A stretch of DNA of 64,000 nt. Origin: Vicugna vicugna (taxonomy: Eukaryota). Under the pieces are notes generated by a model. That model saw only the letters and a list, made by a program, of their open reading frames with translations, was not told where the DNA came from and did no database searches. This document shows positions 51,080 through 62,220 of this stretch, piece by piece. Each line of letters begins with the position of its first letter. Positions within the stretch are counted from its first letter, which is position 1. A program made the translations under genes and the position numbers. The DNA is taken from positions 10,019,066-10,083,065 of the forward strand of contig MU058636.1 in NCBI GenBank assembly GCA_013265495.1, in the 5' to 3' direction.

Positions 51080-52030
51080 CAATAATGCCAGGAGGGAAAA
51101 AAAGATGGTGCTCAGAGAGGTTCAGTAACATTGCTAATGGACGGAGTTCAATAACTACATTTTCATTTTGTTTCTCTTCTGCACTAAGGATAATGAGATT
51201 AAAACTAGAAGAACTAAAGACCCAGAGAGATGAGGAGATGTTAGAGAATACAAAGTAGCCTTAAATGAGTATAAGCTTTGGGCCTCCCAAATTATTACCA
51301 AAATCGTTGAAGAGAGAGCCACATCAGCGGTCGTGACAATACCCCAGAGAACAGAGGAAGAGCCAAAAAGCTAAAGATAGAAAGCGATTTCCTGATGGTC
51401 ATAAAAGGGAGAATTGGTTGTTCACAGCCGTGCCGAAAGCTGCCAATCCATACGCTTCCTGTTGACTTCCAGGGAAATTCCCAAACCAGTGAGTGACCAG
51501 ACCTGGGTGAGCCCTTAGGAACACACCAGAGCTAGCACACATCAAAAAGTCTTTTTTTTTTCTGACTTTCTTGCTTTAAACTAATGGATAAAATGAAGCT
51601 GAGAAGAGCACTAAGAAGACAGAATAAGGATTCAGTTGGATTCTAAAATAACAGAAAGAGAACAAAAAATGTCAGAATTAAACTGAACAGCAGTAAGTGT
51701 AAATTCTTGTTTGGGAGTTGAAATGATCACTTGCAAAAGTATTAGATGAAGAAGACCTGGCTTGATAGCAATTTATATTTAAGAATCTAGACTTAGTTTT
51801 AACACATTGGCCAGCTGCTCAACGAAGAGCACCAAGTAAAGACGCCACGAAAATGTCGAATCCAACTTTATGCCACTTGATTAAAGTTGAAAAAAAATAA
51901 AATAAAAGTAAGTTTGAGTCTCAGTATGCCAGGCAACACTACCTCTGGAGTGTGGAAGGTGGAGGAGTCCAAGGTGACATTCATTAGAAGGGGCACTGAT
52001 AAGTTGCAAATGTTGTATAGGCTAGTGAAC
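51080..52030 (+). mobile_element. L3/CR1 ORF2 RT-region remnant
   Basis: EELKTQRDEEML then ALNEYK (51258-51275; cf. CR1 RELKPKIGEEIVREHL..ALNEFKSPGPD); later aagtgtaaattcttg and aagacctggcttgatagca resemble L3. Confidence 0.65.
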
Positions 52031-52107
52031 ATACTTGTAGAAATTGAGATATATATATATTTGATTTAGCCTCATTAGAACTAACAGAATTTTTTAAAAT
52101 TCTAGTA

Positions 52108-52545
52108 TGTTAAGATTCTTTTGGTTGGAATTGAAAGAAGCTTAACTTATACTTAGCAAAAAGGGAACTCGTAATGTTTTATTGGCTCCACCCTAGAAAT
52201 AGCAGGGTGGGGGATAACTGGCAGATTCCCAAAGCCAGAGACTTCAGGCTTCCAGGATATTCTCGCTCTCTTATCCTCCTTTCTTTGGAGCTTTACTCCA
52301 GCTCAGCATTATTATCTTCTGTGGATCAACATTCTCCATGGGCTCCCATCGGCAGAGTCAGGGGGAGGAGATGGAGGGAGTGAAGTGGCAATAGGCAAGA
52401 AGTCCACTACAACTTGGAGGCCCCCCTAAAAATATGTATTTGGAATGAGGAAGGAGCAAATCACTAAGAAAGGAAACAAAGGGATGCTATTTCCAGGAGG
52501 AGGGTAAAGGGATGCTGAGCAGACAGAAACACAGACAACCTCTCA
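52108..52545 (-). mobile_element. Old MLT1 (J/L-like) LTR
   Basis: tgttaagattcttttggttgg..cttagcaaaaaggga; gggatgctatttccaggaggagggtaaagggatgctgagcagacagaaa. Confidence 0.6.
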
Positions 52546-52699
52546 CTTCCCAGTGGTGAGTGGGTAGAATCTAGCACCTTCCACAGATGCTACAGCCACA
52601 CTTTATTTGAAATAAATACAAGGATGTGAACATATCCACAAAGACCAATCTTGCTTTATGCCGTAGATTACTTAATAGTTGTTTGCAACTGAACTTTCA

Positions 52700-54490
52700 A
52701 ATAAATGTTATTGAGATATAATTTACATAAAATGAAATGTGTTCAGTTCGGTAGTATTTAGTGAGTTTTGACCAGTGTAGACACGTCTGTGACCATCGAA
52801 GCCTAGATATAGAACATTTCCATCTCTACAAAAAGTACTCTAGTGCTTATTGGCAGTCAATCCAACAATCCCATGTCCTTTGTCCCAGCCCCAGGCAAAC
52901 ATTTTTTTTTTTTTGTCATTATGAATTAGATTGGCCATTTCTAGAATCTAATGTATATGAAATCATACAGGATATACCCTTTCATGTCTGCTTCTTTCAC
53001 TCAGCAAAACACTTATGAAATTCATCTGTGTTATGTACATTAGTAATTTAATCCTTTCTACTGCTGAGTAAGCAGTCTGTTGTATGGATATACCACAACG
53101 TGTTATCTGTTCATTTGTTGATGGACATCTGGGTTGCTTCCATAAACAGTTGTTTCCAGTAAAACTGCTAAGAATATTTGTTATGGGTTGAACTGTGCCC
53201 CCAAAATGATATGCTGAAGTCCTAACCCCTGGCATGTGTGAATGTGACCTTATTTGGGAATACGACCCTTGCAGATACAATCAAGTGAAAATGAGGTCAT
53301 TAGGAAGGGCTCTAATCCAGTATGACTGGTATCCTTACAAGAATAAAACAAACACAGACATAGAGAAACAGAGAGAGAAGGCCATGTGATGGCAGAGGCT
53401 GAGATTGGAGTGACGTATCTAGAAGCCAAGAATTTCCAAGGATTTCTGGCAACACCAGCAGTTAAGAAAAAGTCAAGGAACAGATTCACCTCTAGAGCCT
53501 TCAGGGAGAGCATGGCCCTGCCAACAATTTGATTTGGGACTTCTAGACTCTAAAAATATGAGAGAATAAATTTCTGTTGTTTTAAGTCAACCTGGTATAC
53601 AATAATTTGCTATAGCAAACCTAGAAAACTAATGCATTCAAGTTCAAGTGTTCATGTGAACACATGTTTTCATTCCTCATGAGTGAACAGTCAGAAGTGG
53701 AATTGCTGGGGTGTATGTATGTTTAATTTTACAAGAAATGGCCAACCTGTTTTCCAAAGTAGCAGTAAATTTTACATCCTGGCTAGCAACGTACAAAATG
53801 CTCCAGTTGCTCCATATCCTCGTCAACACTTGGTGTTATCAGTCATCTTAAAATTCCATTATGGTTTTAATTTGCTTTTCTCTGATGACCACTGATGTTG
53901 AGCATCTTTTTATGCATTTATTGGCTAACTGTATATCTTCTTTAAGTGTGTCTTTAAATATTTTGCTCATATTTGTGACAAAATTTCTTTATCAGATATA
54001 TTATTTGCCTATATTTCCTCCCTCTATGTTGCTTGCTTTCCATGGTCTTAACAGTGTTGTTTTTAAAAAGCAGAAGTTTTCATTTTGATAACATCCATTT
54101 CATCAAATTTTTATTTTATGGTTTGTGCTTTTGGTGTCCTAAGAAATCTTTGCATACCCAAGGTCACAGTGATCTTATCCCATTTTTTTTCCCAGAAGTT
54201 TTTATCACTTTAAATATTACATTTAGGTCTATGATTCATTTGGGGTTAAATTTTTGTGTATCATGGAAGAGTCAAAGTTCTTTTTTTTCCTTCATGGACA
54301 TCTCATTGCTGAAATGAGTTGGCTTATTATCTTTGTCAAAAGCCAGCTGGTCATCTCTGTGTTTCCAGAATCCGTATCTGTTCCATCCATATCACTCACC
54401 AACATCACCCTATCTTGGATACTTCAATTTTTTAGTAAATCTTCGAAATCAGGCTGTACGAGTCCTCCAATCTTACTGGCATTGAAATCC
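52700..54490 (-). mobile_element. Old L1M 3' region, split by an MLT1C LTR
   Basis: ttattgagatataatttacata; tctgcttctttcactcagca; gttgatggacatctgggttgcttcc; gatgttgagcatctttttatgc; ttacatttaggtctatgattcattt. Confidence 0.9.
53179..53636 (+). mobile_element. MLT1C-like solo LTR nested in L1
   Basis: Starts tgttatgggttgaactgtgccccc; aatgtgaccttatttgggaata; gaataaatttctgttgttttaag; ends ctagaaaactaatgca. Confidence 0.9.
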
Positions 54491-56304
54491 GTTTGCCTTT
54501 TTGTTTTAATCTTTCAGTAGGTAATGTATGTGCACAAAGGGCTTTCAGTGAGGAATGTCTTCCTCCTATCTCTAGCTCCTAAGCTGCCATTTCTTCCGCC
54601 AGAAAAAGGCCACATTTAGACGTTTCTTATTGTTTTCTTTTGCAGAGATTATAACTTATTTTTTTAATTGAGTCAGACTTTAGATTTACTATGTAAAAGA
54701 ATGTTATTTATAGACAAATTGAAAAGGGAAAAAATAATGCTTTAACCTTATTTTCCATATCATTCAAAATTTCCAGTAAGTGTGCTTGCCTGAAGTGAAG
54801 CCAGTCAATATTGGAAAGATTCAGCCTTTACAAATGATACACTTAATTTTACCCACCAAGAAGAGAGGAACAGGGACATTTGTGTGAATCACCCACTCGC
54901 CTTAATTCTGTTAGAGTTATTTAAACATGCTGCTTATTTTTAGTTTAATTGCTGTATAATTATATAACACCAAGTAATCAGAGCTTGGTGATACTAACAA
55001 ATTGATCTTTAAGACATTCTTGGAGGCCTAGTTAAGAATCATCTGAGTGTGTGACTCAGAGGTCACCCACTCTGAAGATGACGATATCACAAAGATACAA
55101 CCGCACAGATAAAATTCAATTCAACAAACACTTATCAGTTGTCATATGCATATAAAATCTTACACTAGGAAATGTGGGGGGAAACAGAGATAAACCAAAC
55201 CCTGCCAATGCCTTCTAGAAATTCACAATCTAGAAGAGGAGGCAGGTGCATGCAAAAGCTTCCCTGAGGCAGTGAAAAGTTCTAGGGTTGAGGTTCCAAT
55301 AGCAGACTATGGAAACATAGAGGGTGGTACATTCTGGAGACTGAATTCAAACCACTCAGGCCTTCTCAGTTTAGGATGATATCTAGGCAGTGCATTTGTT
55401 CTCCAGGCTTGTATTTCATTCTTATTAAGAGGAATTATCTCCAAATTAGGTCAGTGTTTCTTCAGAATAGAAGTGTATAAAAAGAGAAGACTGTCTTAGG
55501 ACCTAAACGCATTCCTGAGCTCGCCTTGTTGATCACATTTAATTACTCTTCTGGGAACACCAAGAAAAAGTAATAAAGTTCTCCACCCTCTAGCAAAATA
55601 AAAAATGGATTTGGTGACTTGTTTTCCATAGAGGGAAGGAGACAGGTGGTGACTACTGCCCAGTCCAAGAAAACGTGGAGGAGAAGAGCATTTCTTGGTT
55701 CCTCTAAACTTGGTGTTTCCTCTAGATGCTCAGGAAACCGTGAAGGCTGAACACAGAAAAAGTGCTCTACCTCGGAACTCACACGCCTGACTCGGAAGAA
55801 ACAACAAAAATAACAACAAGCACCCAGCATATTATTGGTTGAGGGTCAAGTGTGCAGGTTTATGGACTTTAATCACCCAGAATTTCTTGTTGCGTGTATG
55901 TGTTACTAAGACTCAATGATTGATATATGTGCCATAAAGGATTTTCCATTAAAAGTCCTTATAACTTGGTGCGTTTCCTGTAGTAAAGGTATTCCTGGGA
56001 GCCCTAAGAAAAAAGAACATGCCTTGTTAAACAAACTACCCTGAGGAAATGAGTGAAAAAGTGTTCAGTGAAAATGCCATGTTTGTTTGTACGTATCTTG
56101 GTGGCATCCTTAATTACTGAATAATGCATTAACCACCCCGCAAAGATTGCAAAGGTCAGGTCTGTGAAGCCAGATTCACTGTTTCATAGATACGTCCTTG
56201 GAGTCAGTAAATAGAAGACTGTGGTGTGCCGCTAGAAGTGGGTCACACCGTTAAAGTGGGAGTCAGAAATCACCCTCCCGGTGCTACTACTGATTGGTTA
56301 TTGT

Positions 56305-56830
56305 ATCCATATCAGTTAAGAATGCCTTCAGCTACAAATAACAGAAAACCCAGCTAACAGTAGCCAAAACAAACAGGGATTTAATTTTCTCACAGAGCAA
56401 AGAAGTCCAAAGACTGGTTACAACTAATGTTGGTTCAGATGCTCAATAAAACCATCAAGGATCTAGGCTGATTATATCTTTTCCTCTCACCATCTCTAGC
56501 AACCTTAATATGTTGACCTTACATCTTTGTAATTATCACTGGTCATAAAATGGCTGCAGAAGCTCCAGGCATCTTATCTGCATATAAGACAGGAAAAAAA
56601 AGAGGGAAAAGTTGGCACCAGCCCAAATGCCCCCTTTATCAGAGAAAGCAGAAAGTTTTCCCCAAAGCTGTTAGGATGAACTCATTGTTTAGAACAGGGT
56701 TACGCTGCCACCCCATCTATAGATGTAGCTGGGAAAGTGAGTGTGCGGCTCACTCTCTATTGTGGGGGACAGGAAGGAGGAAGAAGGTTGAGAATGGCTG
56801 TGAAGTTAGCCAGTCAATGGCTTCCACCAC
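56305..56830 (-). mobile_element. Old MLT1 (K/J-like) LTR
   Basis: tcagttaagaatgccttcagctacaaataacagaaaaccc; aaaatggctgcagaagctccaggcatc; gctgggaaagtgagt; ends ccaccaca. Confidence 0.75.
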
Positions 56831-57658
56831 AGCATATAATCAAACTATCCCATTTCATTAGGCCGTAATTTTCACACCACCAACACACAATGTCAAAGGG
56901 CGTTGTGATGACAATGAAATCAAAATAAGGAGACATTTGCAGATGCCTGGATACAGAATAAACTGGACTGATGAGTTCTATCTTTGGCTTAGTTGGAAAT
57001 TTAGCCCTTTCTGTCCATAAAGATAACCAGGGGTAAGTCAGAGCACCAGGGGGTCTTGTTTGCTTTGCAGCTGGAAATCAAAAGCCTGAAATAATAGAGA
57101 AGCTGTGCAGAGGGGTGAGCTTGCTCCCACCGCCACACTTCAAAGCCTCATTTAGAGGGCGGCAAGCCTTTGAAGCCTTTTGGTCCAAAACTGAAGCATC
57201 TCCCTGCAAATCCCTGATTTTCATATGTTCAAAGTATAACACAGTAGCATATATTCAGCTCTAGGAGGAGATAGTGATCTTTTGGTTTTGCAAACTTCTA
57301 CAGCTGGTGGTTGTGGTGTGCTTTATTGTTCTTGTTGTATAACCCAGTATTTTGGTTATCCCTACAAAAGGCACCAAGTGCAACGGGGTTCATTTCTGCA
57401 CCTCCTGCGATCTTCAATCTAACAACACACAATCTTTGTAACAGGAATGCTGGGATAAGCAAATAACGGGTGAACCTATGAAAGATAAATCATCTGCATA
57501 CTTTTGTTCTTTCGTCTAGGACAACACCTGTGACCACTTGGGGAAATGGGTATATGTTAAAGATTAGTGAGAAAAACATAACACAGGCAAGACAGATTTG
57601 GTGGCACCCAGTGGCACCCAGGAGAACCCAGTCCATAGAGTACAATTAAAACCTGGAG

Positions 57659-57790
57659 GATAGATAGATAGATGGATAGATAATGGATGAACAGACATAG
57701 AGATACATAAACAGACAGATAAATAAAGAAAGAGAGGGAGGAAAGGAGGGAAGAAAGAAGCAAAAAAGAAAGTTAGGAAAGAAGAAAGAA
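57659..57790. repeat. (GATA)n tract running into purine-rich low complexity
   Basis: gatagatagatagatggatagataa...gaaagagagggaggaaaggagggaagaaag. Confidence 0.8.
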
Positions 57791-58454
57791 TTTCATCTCA
57801 TACCGTAGTTTGTAAAGGAGACAGAACAAATGGCAAGTACAATTATTTAGCCTTAGGAAACTCAAGCTTAAACTTGCTAAAATGAATATGTTTTGTTCCC
57901 CCTTATTTCCACTCTCCTCCAGCGTTAGTAATACAATCTGAGTTTAAGGGAATTTTGAATTTCTTATATGGTTTTCTGTAACATCTTCCCTTAACCATTG
58001 TCTTTACCCTGAGGATGGCTACAAGTCCAGAAAAGAGGTGACCAATTTTTAAAAATCCAGTAAGGTTCACATTGGTTTACCACAGCAGAGATGAAAACTG
58101 CATAGGAAAAATGAAAAAAAAATTTATCATTTTAGCCTCCATTCAAATTTCCCGTTAGCTTAAGTGAGACCACAAGTGTACTACAATTACTGCCGTGTAA
58201 AAGCATTCATGTGTTTAGGCATGACCCTTTCCCAGGTAAGAGCTCTGAGATTTATATAGACTTGACAATTCTAGTTATTCACTGGCAGGCTGTAATGACT
58301 ATAAAAGAAGAAGAACTATCACGATTAATAAAGTCAAGAGAAATTCACCAAGACCATAAGACCATAAATACTAACTTGCTACACCAGCCTCACCAGGGAC
58401 GTTACATTCTGTTTGCTTTTTCAGGCACCAGAGTTATTACGATCATAACTCTAT

Positions 58455-58680
58455 GATGGTAGAGGGAAAGAACACAAACTTCAGCATCAGAAAGACCAAT
58501 GCAGGATCCACCATGTCCCATCCGTGCCCTTGGGTAAGTTATTTAACTTCCTGTGACTCAGTCTCTTCATTTGAAAAGTGGAAATGATAGCACTCATACC
58601 TCAGAGGATAGTTGAACTTAATGAAATGATGGATAACATATAAATCACCTGGCACACGGCCAGTACTCCAATAAATGGCA
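58455..58680 (+). mobile_element. MIR SINE
   Basis: ccttgggtaagttatttaacttcctgtgactcagtctcttcatttgaaaagtggaaatgatag...cctggcacac. Confidence 0.8.
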
Positions 58681-58946
58681 GTGCTCTTTCCTCCCAGTGG
58701 GGAGACAACAGGACTCATCTGCCCTAGAAAGACTACTTTCCAGGAGGGCTGTGGTAGTGGCAGTCCTGGAGTTACATGGCACACAATGTGTGTGGCCACA
58801 TGTTGTGTCCTTCTGCTTTGATCAGCTCTCCCACAGTGACAACACACTCTCTTCTAAGGGTTAGAAATTTTAGTATTACAACTAAGCTTACCAGTACAGA
58901 CCCAAGGGGCTCTTGATATGGGCCTCGTTAGCATTATACCAGAAGC

Positions 58947-59145
58947 CAGGAGTCAGGAAACATTCTGATGGCCAAAGTGATTTTTGCAAATAAAGTTTTA
59001 TTGGTACACAGTTGCACTCACTTGTCTATACAGTGCCTATGGCCGATCTCACATTACAACAGCAGAGCTGACTCACCGTCATCCGGCTCACAAACCAAAA
59101 ATATTTACTCTCTGGCTCTTTACTGAAAAAGCTGATAGAGCCCTG
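58947..59145. mobile_element. MER58A hAT-Charlie MITE
   Basis: tttttgcaaataaagttttattggtacacag...aaaatatttactctctggctctttactgaaaaag..ccctg. Confidence 0.85.
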
Positions 59146-59589
59146 CTCCAAGCAACCAAACTACAACCATAGTTCTCTATTTAATTCAGCTTCTTCGTGG
59201 AGCACTTTTTACAGCCCCAGCATCATGGTAAGCTAGGTGTTGTTTACAGATAATAGGGACACCAGGCCCTGAGAAGAGGTTCACAGGTTTACAGGGAGAT
59301 GGGCATGCAGAGCCAGCAAACCACTGCAGCAGAGCATAAAATGTCCAATCACGTGACAGAGGCTACTGATGGGAAACCAGAAGAGGAGAATTCAAGATAT
59401 GCTGGAGTCTCAAGAAAATGCCTTCCAGTTCCTCCATAACTGAAAGTTAGCCATTTCCCCCCAATACTACGAATCTTTCATTGTAGGAAATAAAGCCACT
59501 TTGCAATAATTAGCTTTAGACAAACGAAGTGCGTTTTTCCCTTGAGAAAGAATATGTAGATGGAGAGGGTTTCATTGCTGTCTGGTGCA

Positions 59590-60900
59590 CTGCAGTGTAT
59601 CCCCACTTCTCTGCAAGATGCTTGGAAGGTATTTTAGAAATTTGTCTGTGTGGGTATTTTTTGATGTCTCATTGATGCAGTGAGCACTCCCACTCTGTAA
59701 CACGTGAGGGCCGGGAACGCTGAGTGTCTTGCAACGTGGAGATGGCCACACCCCACAGAGGACTATGTTACCTCCTACGTGACTTTCTAACCCTCCCCTG
59801 GACATTCATGAAGGCGAAACAATATTTATAAGTAACTGAGCTTAGTCCCTAACTCCATTTACAGATAAATACCTTTTTGGCACTATGTTGGTATACACTG
59901 AATTTTCCAAGAATTTAAGTACGTTGAAAATCAAAAGACAATTGTGATGTTTTGCTTAGAACTTTACCAAGAGCCATCTACCATTTTGGATGTTCATTTA
60001 GAAGATTATGTCACCAACAGCATTGCCACTTGTGGTATTAGTTACCATGTTAGTCACCAATACAAAAGTATCTTGATCAGTCTGCATTCTCAGCTAGCAC
60101 ATTCAAAGATATTTTATTTTAACTCATAAAAAAAAATTTATTTAACCCTCATTCCAAAGTGAGACATTTAAAGGAAAAGTGGAAGCACAATTCAAGCTTA
60201 CTGCTCTGAAAACCAGATTTATTCATTATAAACATCTGCAAGCATCTGGCCTCTTCATTATGTTCTTCAGTTGTACGTGTGCTTACAGAACACATAAAAT
60301 TATGTTATAAATTACTTTCCATTTATTTCTTACTATTATGGGCAAATCTCATTTATTGCACTTCACAAATGTTGCCTTTTTTACAAATTGGAGGTTTGAG
60401 GCAATCCTACATCGAGTAAGTCTATTGGTGCCATTTTTCCAACAGCATTTGCTCCCTTTGTGTCTCTGTGTCACATTTTGGTAATTCCCACAATATTTTA
60501 AATCTTTTCATTATTATCATATTTGTTATGGTGATTTGTGATCAGTGATCTCTGATGCTACTATTGCAAAAAGATTAAAATTCACTGAAGGCTCAGATGA
60601 TGGTTAGCACTTTTTTGGAATAAAGTCTTTTTTAATGAAGGTAGGTACACGGTTTTTAGACATAAAGCTATTGCACACTTACTGGACCACAGTATAATTT
60701 AAATATAACGTTTATATGCACTGGAAAACCAAGATGATTGTGACTTGCTTTATTGTGATACTCACTTTATTGCAGTGATCTGGAAACGAACCCTGCAATG
60801 TCTCCGAGGTGTGCCTGTACAGATTTTAGCTACATATAAAATTATCTATGAATTTTTTCTCATGAAAAACTTAAGAGAAGTAAGAGGTCTCACCCAAGTC
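59590..60900 (+). mobile_element. MER20B-like hAT-Charlie element split by a Tigger1 derivative
   Basis: ggacattcatgaaggcgaaac..tttataagtaactgagcttagtccctaactcc; sequence resumes as ttatctatgaattt after 60819. Confidence 0.7.
60339..60817 (+). mobile_element. Short non-autonomous Tigger1 derivative (Tigger1a-like, 479 bp)
   Basis: TA-flanked; degenerate 5' TIR tgggcaaatctcattt..attgcacttcac; 3' TIR gcaatgtctccgaggtgtgcctg; homologous in reverse to both ends of 27292-28241. Confidence 0.9.
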
Positions 60901-61202
60901 AACTAGCTCTTTAGTGCCAAAATCAGAGAGAAGATCCTTTTACTGAGCTCCTCCCATAAGCCAGACTGGGCACTAATCACTTTGGATACCCTTTGATCAT
61001 TTTTTCCATAAATATGTACATAATGTCCACCAATGCTTAGCGCTGTGCAGGGGTTGGTGTAGCCAAGCTGAGCATGTAGATTTCCTGCCCTCAGAGGAAA
61101 GCAGACCAGAAAAACCAATGACCATAAATGCATGAATAGATGAAATGGTGGTGATTATAGAAAAGAGGAGTCTAACTGAGCCTGGTTCAAGAACCTCTTC
61201 CA

Positions 61203-61334
61203 TATACTCAATATCTTGTAATAGCCTATAATGAAAAAGAGTATATATATGTATAACTGAATCACCATGCTGTACACCAGAAACTAACACAACATTGTAA
61301 ATCACCTATACTTTAATTAAAAAAAAAAAAAAGA
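61203..61334 (+). mobile_element. Young 5'-truncated L1 3' end with poly(A) and 14-bp TSD
   Basis: aatatcttgtaatagcctataatgaaaaaga..gctgtacaccagaaactaacacaacattgtaaatc..poly(A); identical direct repeats AAGAACCTCTTCCA at 61189-61202 and 61335-61348. Confidence 0.92.
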
Positions 61335-61348
61335 AAGAACCTCTTCCA

Positions 61349-62060
61349 AGAGGAGGCAATACTTGAACTGACTCTTGAATGGTGGTTAGGAGTTACCCAG
61401 GTACCAAGAGAGTACAAAAGCATTCCTGGCAGAGAGAACAGATAATCCTGCAGCAACATCGGGGAGAGCTTGGTGCTCCTGCAGAACGTGAAGGACTTGA
61501 GTTTGCTGTCGGCTTAGGGTGAGAACACAGAGTGAGAAGGGGTGGAACTAGAGAGATCAGAGAGACACAGCACTCGGACAGCACGTCTTCCCGGGTCAGG
61601 GAAATGGAACTTCTCTTTGACTTCATGAAGGCAATGATGAGGTTTATGAATGTGTGACACCAGGTAATTCACGCTGGCGGTATGTATTACAGGAACCCAC
61701 ACAAGAAATGAGGAGGAACAGGACTAAGAGTGGCCTTGGGTGGAGAGGACACAATGAAATAGGAGAAGCAGAATTATTAAGGTTTGGTGGCTGGGATTTT
61801 CCAGACTGAGGGACAGAGAAGACTTGAGAGTCACTCCAGGTGTCTGGCGTGGACAATGGAGAATGATGAAACCCTTCACTGAAATGAAAATGCACGAGGA
61901 AGTGGGCAGTTTGGTCTGGAAGGCGAGGGAGAGAAAGGATGAGTTCAGCCTGGGACGTGCCGTACAAAGGACGGATGGGTATCGGGGTGGCACTACGGAT
62001 CTGATATTCAGTAAACAGGTCTGGACTAGAGATACCGGTGATACCAATCTGGGAAACATC
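61349..62060 (-). mobile_element. L2 LINE fragment (host of the young L1)
   Basis: gaggaggcaatacttgaactgactcttgaa; agagtcactccaggtgtctggc; gatgagttcagcctgggacgtg. Confidence 0.75.
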
Positions 62061-62064
62061 AGCA

Positions 62065-62220
62065 TATGTATTACCTCATTTAATCCCCGCCACCAACTTA
62101 GGAGGCAGCTGTTAATGGGCTCGTTTGATAGACGGGAAAAACCAAAGCTTGCCCGGTCGCATAGTGGGAGAGCTAAGATTTGTGCCTTGGTGTGTCTGAC
62201 TCTGAAGCCCAGGTATTCTC
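62065..62220 (-). mobile_element. MIR SINE
   Basis: cctcatttaatcccc..caacttaggaggcag...cttgcccggtcgcatag..gtctgactctgaagccc. Confidence 0.7.

Noticed and set aside
55543..55830. 95-aa minus-strand ATG ORF
   Set aside because: No recognisable homology; the hydrophobic start comes from low-complexity T-rich sequence.
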